Shown here piece by piece: positions 19,605-29,271 of a stretch of 64,000 nt of DNA. The stretch lies in NCBI GenBank assembly GCA_964588985.1, contig CAZPQW010000006.1, forward strand, positions 32,001 to 96,000. Direction: 5' to 3'. The stretch is from an uncultured Solirubrobacteraceae bacterium. Its GTDB lineage: Bacteria; Actinomycetota; Thermoleophilia; Solirubrobacterales; Solirubrobacteraceae. Made by a program: the position numbers and the translations under genes. Within the stretch, counting starts at the first letter, position 1, and each line of letters opens with the position of its first letter. The notes beneath the pieces are model-generated. The model worked only from the letters and a program-made list of their open reading frames with translations. It had not been told where the DNA came from and ran no database searches.

Positions 19605-21566
19605 ATGCCAGTCTTCGCCCAGGTAGAGCCGATGACGACGGCCCGCTCGCTTCAGGGGCCGTTCGACTACCGGCTGCCGGAGGAGCTGCGGGGGGGAGTG
19701 GACGTCGGCTCGATGCTGGTCGTCCCGTTCGGCAGGCGCGAGGTGCTGGGCGTCGTCGTCGGGCTCGCCGACAGCAGCGAGGTCGCCGAGGAGAAGCTGC
19801 TCGCGCCGCTGAGGGCCCTCGAGCTGGGCGTTCCGGTCGACCTGGTCGCGCTGGCCGAATGGATCGCGGCTGAGTACTGCTCGACGATCGCCCGTGCGCT
19901 GAACCTGGTGCTCCCGCCCGGTGCGGCGAAGCGCCTGAGCGGGCGCAAGCGCCGCGCGGTCGCGCGGCCGCGGCACCTCGCGGTCGGCGCGCGCAGCCCG
20001 ACCCCGCCCGCGCTGACCGCCGAACAGCAGGCCGTGCTCGAGCCGATCGTTGAGGCGTTGCGCGCGCGGCGCTCCGAGCAGCGGCTTCTGCACGGTGTCA
20101 CCGGCTCGGGCAAGACCGAGGTGTACCTGCGCGCCGCGGCCGCCGCGCTCGAGCAGGGGAGAGGAGCGATCGTGCTCGTGCCCGAGATCGCGCTCACCCC
20201 GCAGATTGTGGGGCGCTTCATCGAACGCTTCGGCGACACCGTCGCGGTCCTGCACTCCCAGATGCGCCCCGCAGCGCGCTACGCGGAGTGGCGCCGCCTG
20301 CGCGAGGGCGAGGCGCGGGTGTGCGTGGGTCCGCGCTCGGCGGTGTTCGCGCCGATCGAAGATCTCGGGCTGATCGTGATCGACGAGGAGCACGACTCCT
20401 CCTACAAGCACGAGGGCGATCCCCGCTACGACGCCCGTGACGTCGCCGCCGAGCGCGCCGTGCGCTGCGGCGCGGTGCTGGTCGCGGGCACGGCCACGCC
20501 ACGCCCGGAGACCGTCCACCGACTCCCGGCCTCGGTGCTCGCCAACCGCGTCGACGGACGACCACTGCCCGCGGTGGAGGTGCTCGACATGCGCGGGCAG
20601 ACCCAGGGCCTTCACCCCGTCACCGCACAGGCGCTCGCGGAAGTCCGCGCCGCTCGCGGGAAGGCGATCGTGTTGCTCAACCGCCGCGGCTGGTCGAACT
20701 TCCTCTCCTGCCGCTCGTGTGGACGCGTGTGGAGCTGCCCCGAATGCGACGTCGCGCTCGTGCTGCACCGTGGCGGCGGATACGTGGCCTGCCACCACTG
20801 CGGCCATCGCGAGTCGGCGCCCGCGCGCTGCGAGGACTGCGGCTCCACGTCGGTCGCCCGTCACGGCGCCGGCACCGAGCGCCTCCAGCACGACCTCTCG
20901 AGTGTGTTCGACGATGGCGGCTTCCCCGTGTTCCGTCTCGACGCGGACGTCGGCGAGAGCGCCGGCGAGCTGCTGCGCAGCTTCGAGGGGGCCGACTGCG
21001 GCGTGCTGATCGGCACGCAGATGGTCGCCAAGGGGCACGACTTCCCCGACGTGACGCTCGGCGTGGTGCTCGACGCGGACGCCACGCTGCGCTTCCCCGA
21101 CTTCCGGGCGGAGGAGCGCACGTTCGCGCTGATCGCACAGCTCGCCGGCCGCGCCGGCCGCGGTGGAGATGGCCGCGTGCTCGTCCAGACGATCGCCCCC
21201 GAAGCACGCGCGATCGTGCACGCCGCCCAGCACGACAGCGATGGGTTCCTGGCAGACGAGCTCGAGCGCCGCCAGGCGCTCAACTACCCGCCGTTCTCAC
21301 ACCTCATCAGAATCACCTGCTCGGCCGTGGACGCACACGACGCGCAGGACGCCGCCGTCGCGGTGCGCGAAGCGCTCGCCGAGGGCCCCAACGTGCTCGG
21401 TCCCGCGACGCTGTTTCGCCTGCGAGGGAGAGAACGTCGAGTGCTGGTGGTGAAGGCCTCCGAGCGTCGCCCCGCGGTGAAGGCCGTGGGAGACGCGGTG
21501 CGACGTGTGACGGCCACGCGCGCGCACGCCGGTGTGAACTTCAGTGTGGACGTCGATCCGCAGTAG
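19605..21566 (+). CDS. priA: Primosomal protein N'
   Basis: HGVTGSGKT, PEIALTPQ, DEEH, four CxxC motifs, GTQMVAKG, C-terminal VDVDPQ; start at ATG 19605. Confidence 0.93.
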   Translation: MPVFAQVEPMTTARSLQGPFDYRLPEELRGGVDVGSMLVVPFGRREVLGVVVGLADSSEVAEEKLLAPLRALELGVPVDLVALAEWIAAEYCSTIARALNLVLPPGAAKRLSGRKRRAVARPRHLAVGARSPTPPALTAEQQAVLEPIVEALRARRSEQRLLHGVTGSGKTEVYLRAAAAALEQGRGAIVLVPEIALTPQIVGRFIERFGDTVAVLHSQMRPAARYAEWRRLREGEARVCVGPRSAVFAPIEDLGLIVIDEEHDSSYKHEGDPRYDARDVAAERAVRCGAVLVAGTATPRPETVHRLPASVLANRVDGRPLPAVEVLDMRGQTQGLHPVTAQALAEVRAARGKAIVLLNRRGWSNFLSCRSCGRVWSCPECDVALVLHRGGGYVACHHCGHRESAPARCEDCGSTSVARHGAGTERLQHDLSSVFDDGGFPVFRLDADVGESAGELLRSFEGADCGVLIGTQMVAKGHDFPDVTLGVVLDADATLRFPDFRAEERTFALIAQLAGRAGRGGDGRVLVQTIAPEARAIVHAAQHDSDGFLADELERRQALNYPPFSHLIRITCSAVDAHDAQDAAVAVREALAEGPNVLGPATLFRLRGRERRVLVVKASERRPAVKAVGDAVRRVTATRAHAGVNFSVDVDPQ

Positions 21567-21625
21567 TGGAGCTCCGCTAGACTCCGCGTCCCGATAATTG
21601 AGAAATTACGGATGGGGGCGCAAGA

Positions 21626-24001
21626 ATGGGCGCAAGCTGCGCGTTTGCATCTTTGGTGAGACCATGGGCCATAGCCGCGGTGCTCCTCGGGAGCCTGTTG
21701 ATCGCACCGGCAGCTTCGGCCAGTCCGCCGCGCTCGCCGGCGAAGACGCGCTACGCGCAGACGCGTCGGGCGTGTCAGTCGCCCACGGTCCGGCGTGCCA
21801 GCTGCTTTGCGCTGGTGCGCGTGCCGGTCGCGGCTAGCTCTGCCGCTCGTGCCGGCGCGCTGCCCTACACCGTCAACGACGGCGCGTCCTCATCCGGCCC
21901 CGCCGGCGGGCTGACTCCTCAGCAGATCGCCACCGCCTACGGCTATACCCCGAGTCCCGGCGGAGTCGGGCAGACCGTCGCGATCGTGGACGCATACGAC
22001 GATCCGCAGATCGAAGCGGATCTCGCGACGTTCGACAGTCACTACGCGCTCCCCGCCTGCACCGAAGCGAACGGCTGCTTCGAAAAGGTCGGGCAGACCG
22101 GCAGCAGGAGCGCGCTTCCCGCCGCGGACACGAGCGGCTGGTCGGTCGAGATAGCGCTTGATGTGGAGACGGTCCACAGCTCGTGCGAGAAGTGCAAGGT
22201 ACTGCTGGTCGAGGCAAACGAACCAACCTACGAAGATCTCGCCATAGCGGTGAACAGGGCCGTCGCAAAGGGTGCGACGGAGGTATCCAACTCATACGGT
22301 GGCCCCGAGGCGGGACTGCACGCGACCGAACGCGCCGCGTACAACCACCCTGGGGTCGTGATCACGGCCTCCACGGGAGACGACGGCTACTACGACTGGG
22401 ACGAGGTCGACGAACTCGTGTTCTTCGAAGGAGAACTGTATTTCGGACCGAGCCCGGAAATGCCGAACGTCCCTGCAACCCCGCCGTCCGTCGTGGCGGT
22501 CGGCGGTACCACGCTCGAACTGAACGAAGCGGGCGAACGCGCCAGCGAGACCGTCTGGAACAACAACGGTCCCGGCGATTCCGTCGGACTCGAATATGGC
22601 TACGCGCAGGGTGCCACCGGCGGCGGCTGCAGCAAACTGTTCTCGGCCCAGCCGTGGCAGCAGAGCGCACCGAGCTTCTCCGCGGCCGGCTGCGGCGGTA
22701 AACGCCTCGCGGCCGATGTCGCGGCCGTCGCCAACCCCAATACGGGCTTCGACATATACGACAGCTACAACTGTGGTTCCTACTGCAAAGAAACCGGCCT
22801 CGGCAAAGGCTGGCTCACGATCGGCGGCACCTCGTTGTCGGCGCCCCTCGTCACCGCGCTCTACGCGCTCGCCGGGGGCAGCGACGGGGTTCAATATCCG
22901 GCGCTCACGCTATACGGGCACCTCGGTAGCTCCTCCGCCCTGTACGACGTCACACAAGGCGCCAACGGCTTTTGCGGGGGCGAATCGGTCCCCTCGTGCC
23001 GAAACCCGAACGGGTTCTTCGGCTTGGTGGATTGCGAAGGCACCACCGCGTGCAACGCTCAGCCCGGGTTCGACGGCCCGTCCGGCGTGGGTACGCCAGT
23101 TGGGCTGAGCGCATTTCAACCGCTCCTCCCAACCGCCGCGATCGCTCCCTCGGGCTCGCTGAGAGAAGGCGTCGCCGCCGGCTTCGATGGATCCGGGTCG
23201 ACCGATCCATATCCAGGCGGGTCCATAGCCAGTTACTCCTGGGACTGGGGCGATGGCACACCCACGAGCAGCGGCATCTCACCCAAACACACTTATGCGG
23301 CTGCAGGCGAATACTCCGTAACGCTCACCGTCACCGACAGCTACGGGCTTGTCGGCAAAACGACCCACTCGGTCACCGTCGAAGAAAAGTCGCTGGCGGA
23401 AAGGGAAGCAGAAGCGAAGAAGAGTGAAGAAGAAGAAGCCAAGAAGAAGGCCGAAGAAGCAGAAGCGAAGAAGAAAGCTGAAGAAGAAGCGACGAAGAAG
23501 ACTGAAGAAGAAGAAGCGAAGCGGAAAGCTGAAGAGGAAGCAGCAAACAAGAAGGCTGAAGAACAGGCACACACTGGGCTGGGCAATCAGGGCGTCGGTG
23601 GGTTCCAGATCGTGAAAGCCGCAGCGGTTCCCGACGCAGTCTTGGCGAGCGCCGCGCTGCATGCGAGCTCGGCGGGTTACGTCACCTTGGCGATCAGCTG
23701 CCCGACCGGTGAGAGCAGTTGCGCAGGCACCGTGACGCTGCGTACGCAGGGCGCCGTGGTCACCTCGGCGCTGGCGCGGAAGAGCGTGGTGTCGCTCGCC
23801 GCCGGGGCCTTCGACATCCCCGGCGGCCAGACGAAGGTCGTGAAGCTGCGCCTCTCCCGCAGGGCGCGTGTCCTGCTCGCTCGTATGCACGTGCTGAAGG
23901 CGAGAGTGACGATCCTCGCTCACGATCAGGCGGGCGCGACGCACACGACCGAGGTCGTGGTGCCGTTGCGCGCGGTCCAAGCTCACCGCGGCAGGCACTA
24001 G
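21626..24001 (+). CDS. Secreted S53/sedolisin-like serine protease with PKD domain, KE-rich linker and C-terminal beta-rich domain
   Basis: Signal peptide; EIALDVE, ASTGDDG, GGTSLSAP; PKD motif SYSWDWGDG...HTYAAAGEYSVTLTVTD. Confidence 0.8.
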   Translation: MGASCAFASLVRPWAIAAVLLGSLLIAPAASASPPRSPAKTRYAQTRRACQSPTVRRASCFALVRVPVAASSAARAGALPYTVNDGASSSGPAGGLTPQQIATAYGYTPSPGGVGQTVAIVDAYDDPQIEADLATFDSHYALPACTEANGCFEKVGQTGSRSALPAADTSGWSVEIALDVETVHSSCEKCKVLLVEANEPTYEDLAIAVNRAVAKGATEVSNSYGGPEAGLHATERAAYNHPGVVITASTGDDGYYDWDEVDELVFFEGELYFGPSPEMPNVPATPPSVVAVGGTTLELNEAGERASETVWNNNGPGDSVGLEYGYAQGATGGGCSKLFSAQPWQQSAPSFSAAGCGGKRLAADVAAVANPNTGFDIYDSYNCGSYCKETGLGKGWLTIGGTSLSAPLVTALYALAGGSDGVQYPALTLYGHLGSSSALYDVTQGANGFCGGESVPSCRNPNGFFGLVDCEGTTACNAQPGFDGPSGVGTPVGLSAFQPLLPTAAIAPSGSLREGVAAGFDGSGSTDPYPGGSIASYSWDWGDGTPTSSGISPKHTYAAAGEYSVTLTVTDSYGLVGKTTHSVTVEEKSLAEREAEAKKSEEEEAKKKAEEAEAKKKAEEEATKKTEEEEAKRKAEEEAANKKAEEQAHTGLGNQGVGGFQIVKAAAVPDAVLASAALHASSAGYVTLAISCPTGESSCAGTVTLRTQGAVVTSALARKSVVSLAAGAFDIPGGQTKVVKLRLSRRARVLLARMHVLKARVTILAHDQAGATHTTEVVVPLRAVQAHRGRH
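23385..23565 (+). repeat. Low-complexity A/G-rich coding repeat (EEEAKKKA-like units)
   Basis: Tandem gaagaagaagc(g/c)aagaagaag-type units encoding EAKKSEEEEAKKKAEEAEAKKKAEEE... Confidence 0.8.
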
Positions 24002-24049
24002 GTCGAAGACCAAACGCTAGCCACGTATCGGCCGCTCCTCATACACTCA

Positions 24050-24706
24050 ATGCCCATGGCTGAAGAGGACACAAGGGCCGAGCTCCAGACGCCGACCTCC
24101 GAGGAGGCCGACGTGGAGGTCGAGCGCGAGCAGGACGCGCCGGAGCCTGCGGAGCTCGATCCGGAGACGCGGGCGCGCCGCGATGCGGCGCTGCGCCACG
24201 TGCGCAAGTTCGGCGACCCGGTGCTGCGCGCGACAGCGCTCCCGGTGGAGCGCTTCGACGCGGAGCTGGCCACCGAGATCGAGCGCATGGGGGAGTTGAT
24301 GCACGACGCCCTCGGCGTCGGGCTCGCAGCCACGCAGATCGGCGTTCTGCACCGTGTGCTCGTCTACCGCGCCTACACCGACGACCCCCTCACCGCGCTG
24401 GTCAACCCGCGTCTGACGTGGTCGAGCGACGAGCGCGAGCTCGGCGAAGAGGGGTGCCTGAGCCTGCCGACCGTGCACGTCGAGGTGGAGCGCGCCGTGC
24501 GGGTGCGCGTCCAGGCTCAGGATGAGACCGGCGCGGAGATCGAGGTCGAGGCGGAGGGTCTCGAGGCGCGGATCATCCAGCACGAGCTCGACCATCTCGA
24601 AGGCATCCTGATCCTCGACCGCATCTCGCGCCAGGACCGCAAGGAGGCGATGCGCACGATGCGCGAAGCGCAGATGCCGGTCAAAGAGCCGGCGAGCCTC
24701 GCCTAG
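24050..24706 (+). CDS. def: Peptide deformylase
   Basis: GVGLAATQIG, EGCLS, QHELDHLEG. Confidence 0.95.
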   Translation: MPMAEEDTRAELQTPTSEEADVEVEREQDAPEPAELDPETRARRDAALRHVRKFGDPVLRATALPVERFDAELATEIERMGELMHDALGVGLAATQIGVLHRVLVYRAYTDDPLTALVNPRLTWSSDERELGEEGCLSLPTVHVEVERAVRVRVQAQDETGAEIEVEAEGLEARIIQHELDHLEGILILDRISRQDRKEAMRTMREAQMPVKEPASLA

Positions 24707-24730
24707 CCACGCCGAACGGGTAGATCAGCC

Positions 24731-25675
24731 TTGAGCATCGTCTACCTCGGCACGTCCGAGTTCGCCGCACACATCCTCGAGCGTCTCGCGCGCAGCGAGG
24801 AGCACCGCCCGGCGCTAGTCGTCACACGCCCGGACCGGCCGAGCGGCCGCGGCCGTCGGGTCACCTCCCCGCCGGTGGCCGAGGCCGCGCGCGCGCTCGG
24901 TCTCGCGCTCGAGCAACCCGAGAGAGTCAACGACGAGGCCGCCCGGGAGTCGATCGCGCGGGCGGGGCTCTCCGCGCCGTCGCGCCAGACGGTGATCGTG
25001 TGCGCGTTCGGCGCCCTGATCAAGGAGCCGCTGCTCTCCGAGCACGAGATCCTCAACGTCCATCCCTCGCTGCTGCCTCGCTGGCGCGGCGCCGCCCCGG
25101 TCGAGCGGGCGATCATGGCCGGCGACGAGACCACGGGCGTGTCGATCATGCGCCTCACCGCCGGTCTCGACAGCGGCCCCGTGTGTCTCGCCGAGCGGGA
25201 GCCGATCCGTCCCGAGGACACCTACGGCTCGCTCGCGCAGCGGCTGCGGGAGCTCGGCGCGGATCTGCTCCTGCGCGCCCTGCGCGACTCGCCGCCATTC
25301 AAAGAGCAGCCCGAGGACGGCGTCACCTACGCCGAGAAGATCACGGGCGAGGACCGCCAGCTGGACCCGAACCGGCCGGCCGTCGAGTTGGAGCGCACGG
25401 TGCGCGCCCTGCAGCCGCAGGTGGGGGCGCGGGTCGCGCTCGCCGACGGGACGCTGATCGGAGTTCATCGCGCCGTGCTCCTGGAGGGCGAGCAGTCCGA
25501 GCTTGCGGTGAGCGCCGGCGCGCATACGGCCCCGGGCGTCTTCGCGCACGAGGGGCGGCTGCTGCTCGGCTGCTCGCCAGGGCTGCTCGAGCTGCTCGTC
25601 GTGCAGCCGCCGGGCGGGCGCGCGATGGACGCCGCGGCGTATCTACGCGGTCACGGGGCGCCCGGGCGCGCGTAG
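24731..25675 (+). CDS. fmt: Methionyl-tRNA formyltransferase
   Basis: YLGTSEFA, NVHPSLLPRWRGAAP, GLDSGP. Confidence 0.95.
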   Translation: MSIVYLGTSEFAAHILERLARSEEHRPALVVTRPDRPSGRGRRVTSPPVAEAARALGLALEQPERVNDEAARESIARAGLSAPSRQTVIVCAFGALIKEPLLSEHEILNVHPSLLPRWRGAAPVERAIMAGDETTGVSIMRLTAGLDSGPVCLAEREPIRPEDTYGSLAQRLRELGADLLLRALRDSPPFKEQPEDGVTYAEKITGEDRQLDPNRPAVELERTVRALQPQVGARVALADGTLIGVHRAVLLEGEQSELAVSAGAHTAPGVFAHEGRLLLGCSPGLLELLVVQPPGGRAMDAAAYLRGHGAPGRA

Positions 25676-26343
25676 GCGGACGCGTGCGGCGGAGGCTCGA
25701 TCCCGGCGCGCAGCCGCGGGTCGGCCTGGAGCGCGCCGATGCGCGTGACGAGCGGGATCACGCCGGCCCACGCGTCCAGCGCGTAGTCCTCCTCGTCATC
25801 CATCGGCGGACCCGTGCGGATCTTCGCGGAGGCCTGCTCGATTCCCAGCTCCAGCACGGCGGTCGCCTTCAGCTCGTTCGCGCTCGGAGGGCGCACGTGC
25901 GCCCAGCGCCCGGGCACGATGTGCTCGACGACCGCCTCGAGCGCCGTGAGCTTCTCCTCGGGGTCATCCAGCACGCGCGCGGAGCCCATCACGACCACCG
26001 AGCGGTAGTTGGCCGAGTGGTGCATCGCCGAGCGGGCGAGCACGAGCCCGTCGATCAGCGACACGGTCAGGCACGCCGGCGCGCCCGTCGCGAGCGCCTT
26101 CAGCGTGCGGCTGGCGACCGCGCCGTGGCAATAGAGGACGTCGCCGCGGCGCGCGTGCAGGGTGGGGGTCACGATCGGCTGTCCGTCCGGCTCGACGATG
26201 CCGAGGTGCGCGATCAGCGCCTCGTCGAGGATCGCGTCGATCGTGGCGCGGTCGTAGCTGCCGCGTTCGCGCTTGCGCCGCAGACGCACGCGATCGGATG
26301 GTGGCTCGGTCGTGGCGCGGGGCTCGGATGCGGAGGAGGACAC
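25651..26343 (-). CDS. Pyridoxamine 5'-phosphate oxidase-like flavin-binding protein
   Basis: RGSYDRATIDAILD, DGLVLARSAMHHSANYRSV, WAGVIP. Confidence 0.85.
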   Translation of the reverse strand: MSSSASEPRATTEPPSDRVRLRRKRERGSYDRATIDAILDEALIAHLGIVEPDGQPIVTPTLHARRGDVLYCHGAVASRTLKALATGAPACLTVSLIDGLVLARSAMHHSANYRSVVVMGSARVLDDPEEKLTALEAVVEHIVPGRWAHVRPPSANELKATAVLELGIEQASAKIRTGPPMDDEEDYALDAWAGVIPLVTRIGALQADPRLRAGIEPPPHASAYARPGAP

Positions 26344-26358
26344 AACGCTCCCTTCAAT

Positions 26359-26372
26359 CTGTAATAGTACAG
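26359..26372. promoter_or_regulatory. Inverted repeat, putative operator of the MocR regulator
   Basis: CTGTA-atag-TACAG in the 33-bp AT-rich divergent intergenic region. Confidence 0.5.
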
Positions 26373-26376
26373 AATT

Positions 26377-27708
26377 ATGTCTGCACTGACACAGTATCGA
26401 ATCACGGCGAGCAGCGCTTCGGAGCTGGCGAACAGCATCGAGGCGGCGGTCGCCAGCGGCGAGTTCTCCCCCGGAGAGCGTCTTCCTTCTGTGAGGCGCC
26501 TGGCCGCCGAGGTCGGTCTCAGCCCCGTCACCGTCGCCGCCGGGCTCGCCGAGCTGCGCCGGCGCGGGGTGGTGGTGAGCGAACCGCGACGCGGAACGCG
26601 GATCGGCGACGCGCCTCCGATCGGCTCCTCACTGAGGCCGCTGCCGGTGCCGGTGGGCGCCCGCGACCTCTCGCGTGGCAACCCGGACCCGGCGCTGCTG
26701 CCGAACCTCGAGCGTGCGCTTGCTCACACGCGTCTTCCAGTTCACCTGTACGGCGATCCCGCGGATCTCCCCGAGCTGGTTGCGCATGCCCGCGAGCGGC
26801 TGCGGGCGGACGGCCTGCCGAGCGAGGAGCTGTGCGTCACGAGCGGCGCCCTCGACGCGATCGAGCGCGTGCTCCAAGCACACCTTCGCACCGGCGACAG
26901 GGTGGCCGTAGAGAGCCCCGGATACGCGGCGCTGTTCGACGTGCTGCGCGCTCACGGGCTCGTCACGGAGCCGGTCGAGGTGGACGACCGTGGGATGCTG
27001 CCCGAGAGGCTGCGCGACGCGCTGGCGAGAGGCGCGGACGCCGTGATCATCGTTCCTCGCGGACAGAACCCCACCGGGGCGGCGCTCGACCAAGCGCGCG
27101 CGCGGGAGCTGCGCGACGTGCTCGACGAGTTCCCGCGAGCGCTCGTCGTCGAGGACGACCATCTTGGCCCGGTGGCGGGCTGCGAGCTGCACACCACGCT
27201 CGGCGACCGCGAGCGCTGGGCCGCGACGCGCTCGGTGGCAAAGGCGCTCGGACCCGACCTGCGTCTGGCGATCCTGACCGGAGACCCCCAGACGATCGCG
27301 CGAGTGCAGGGACGTCAGCGGTGCGGGCCCGGATGGGTCAGCCACATCCTGCAGGCGCTCGTGCTCAGGCTGTGGACCGACCCGGTGGTGACCGAGCAGA
27401 TCGCCCGCGCGAGCGACACCTACGCGCGACGGCGAATGCTGCTGCTGGAGCGCCTCGGCGCGCGCGGCGTGCGCGCGCACGGCGCCTCGGGCCTGAACGT
27501 CTGGGTGCCTGTGGAGGACGAAGCGGTGGCGGTTGCGGCGCTGCTGCAACGAGGCTGGGTGGCGGCGCCCGGAGCGCCCTACAGGCTCACCGACGACGCC
27601 CCGGCGATCCGTGTGACCACGGCCACTCTCACGGAGCCCGAGGCCGAGCGGCTGTCGCTCGACATCGCCGAGATACTGCTCGCAGCCGGCCCCACCCGCA
27701 GCGGATAG
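26377..27708 (+). CDS. MocR/GabR family GntR regulator with PLP aminotransferase-like domain
   Basis: LPSVRRLAAEVGLSPVTV HTH; GQNPTG, VEDDH, RSVAKALGPDLRLA. Confidence 0.9.
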   Translation: MSALTQYRITASSASELANSIEAAVASGEFSPGERLPSVRRLAAEVGLSPVTVAAGLAELRRRGVVVSEPRRGTRIGDAPPIGSSLRPLPVPVGARDLSRGNPDPALLPNLERALAHTRLPVHLYGDPADLPELVAHARERLRADGLPSEELCVTSGALDAIERVLQAHLRTGDRVAVESPGYAALFDVLRAHGLVTEPVEVDDRGMLPERLRDALARGADAVIIVPRGQNPTGAALDQARARELRDVLDEFPRALVVEDDHLGPVAGCELHTTLGDRERWAATRSVAKALGPDLRLAILTGDPQTIARVQGRQRCGPGWVSHILQALVLRLWTDPVVTEQIARASDTYARRRMLLLERLGARGVRAHGASGLNVWVPVEDEAVAVAALLQRGWVAAPGAPYRLTDDAPAIRVTTATLTEPEAERLSLDIAEILLAAGPTRSG

Positions 27709-27710
27709 CC

Positions 27711-29018
27711 ATGATGAGCGCCATGACGACGACCTCCCCAGCCAAGATCGCGCCCGCCCGCAGCTGCGCGTACACGGTGCTGCGCCGCGTGTTCGAGCGC
27801 GGCGCGTACACCGACGAGGCGCTGAACGCGGAGTCCAGAGAGCTCGAGGCGCGCGACCGTGCGCTCGCGATGCGCCTCGCCTACGGCGCGGTTCAGCGCA
27901 GGGGCACGCTCGACCACCTGATCGAGGGGCTTGCCGGCCGTCCCGCCGCGCGACTGGACCCGCCGCTGCTGGCCGCGCTGCGACTCGGCATGTACGAGCT
28001 GCTGTACCTGCGCGGCTCGCCCGACTACGCGGTCGTCGGCGACGCCGTCGAGCTGGCCAAGCGCGACGCGCGCGCGGGGCACGGCCTCGTCAACGCGGTG
28101 CTGCGCCGCGCGGCGCGCGAGGGCGCGGAGGCGCTCCTCGGCGGGCTCGGCGAGGACACGCCCGAGCGCGCGGCGGTCAAGCACTCCCACCCGGAGTGGA
28201 TCGCGCGCCTGTGGTGGCAGGAGCTCGGCCCCGAGGACGCGCTCGCACTGATGGTCGCCGACAACGAGCCCGGCGAGGTCGCGCTGCGCGCCAACACGCT
28301 GCGCACCGACGCGAGCACGCTCGCCGCGGAGATCCCCGTGCGCACCCACCCGGACCCCGCGATCCCCGAGGCGCTCGTGCTCGAGGAGCCCTTCGACGTG
28401 CACGGCTCGCCGCTGTGGAAGACGGGCGCGTTCCACGCGCAGTCGCGCGCCGCGATGCTCGTAGCGCGCACGCTCGACCCGCAGCCGGGCCAGCGCGTGC
28501 TCGACCTGTGCGCCGCCCCGGGCGGCAAGACCACGCACCTCGCGGCGCTGATGGGAGGCAGCGGCGAGGTGCTCGCCGTCGAGAGCAACCGTCGCCGCGC
28601 CGGCTCGCTCGCGCGCACCGCCGAGCGACTCGGCGCGGGCAACGTGCGCGTAGAGGTCGCCGACGCGACGCTCGCGAGGCCCGAGGGCCCGGTCTTCGAC
28701 CGTGTGCTCGTCGACCCGCCGTGCTCGGGACTTGGGACGCTGCAGGCACGTCCCGACCTGCGCTGGCGCGTAACGCCCGAGGCGATCGCGGAGATGTCTC
28801 TCGTCCAGGCGAAGATCCTCGCCGTCGGCGCCGATGCGCTCTGTCCGGGAGGCGTGCTTGTCTACTCTACCTGCACGATCTCAACCGTTGAGAACGAGCG
28901 CCAGATCGCCGCCTTCCTGGATTCCCACCCCGACTTCGTCCTGGATGAGATGCTTAGCACGCTGCCGCACCGCGACCACACAGCCGGTTTCTTCATCGCC
29001 CGGCTGAGCCGGAGCTGA
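27711..29018 (+). CDS. rsmB: 16S rRNA m5C967 methyltransferase RsmB (Sun)
   Basis: NusB-like N-terminus GLVNAVLR, DLCAAPGGKT, DPPCSGLG, YSTCT. Start is one of ATG 27711, 27714 or 27723. Confidence 0.92.
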   Translation: MMSAMTTTSPAKIAPARSCAYTVLRRVFERGAYTDEALNAESRELEARDRALAMRLAYGAVQRRGTLDHLIEGLAGRPAARLDPPLLAALRLGMYELLYLRGSPDYAVVGDAVELAKRDARAGHGLVNAVLRRAAREGAEALLGGLGEDTPERAAVKHSHPEWIARLWWQELGPEDALALMVADNEPGEVALRANTLRTDASTLAAEIPVRTHPDPAIPEALVLEEPFDVHGSPLWKTGAFHAQSRAAMLVARTLDPQPGQRVLDLCAAPGGKTTHLAALMGGSGEVLAVESNRRRAGSLARTAERLGAGNVRVEVADATLARPEGPVFDRVLVDPPCSGLGTLQARPDLRWRVTPEAIAEMSLVQAKILAVGADALCPGGVLVYSTCTISTVENERQIAAFLDSHPDFVLDEMLSTLPHRDHTAGFFIARLSRS

Positions 29019-29022
29019 CGCC

Positions 29023-29271
29023 ATGGATCCCGAGCAGGAGACGCCGCCCAAGACCTCGATCGACCTCGGGCCGCAGTGCCCGAACTGCGGCGAGCCGTGG
29101 CTGCGCCCCACGAACCTCCCCGGCCGCTACCGCTGCGTGTACTGCCTGCACCGCTTCGAGCTGACCTCCGTCTGCCCGAACTGCGGCGAGCACTCCACAA
29201 TCGTGCGGATGTCATCGACGGCGATCCTGAAGTGCAACAACTGCGGCGACTCCATGCTCCAGGCCGTATGA
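29023..29271 (+). CDS. Small double zinc-ribbon protein
   Basis: 82 aa with CPNC, CVYC, CPNC and CNNC; SD GGAG; ATGA coupling to rpe. Confidence 0.75.
   Translation: MDPEQETPPKTSIDLGPQCPNCGEPWLRPTNLPGRYRCVYCLHRFELTSVCPNCGEHSTIVRMSSTAILKCNNCGDSMLQAV

Noticed and set aside
23385-23565. CRISPR-like or non-coding repeat array
   Set aside because: The repeats are in-frame low-complexity coding sequence with no unique spacers and no cas genes. The same applies to the 33-nt repeats in the SPFH gene.
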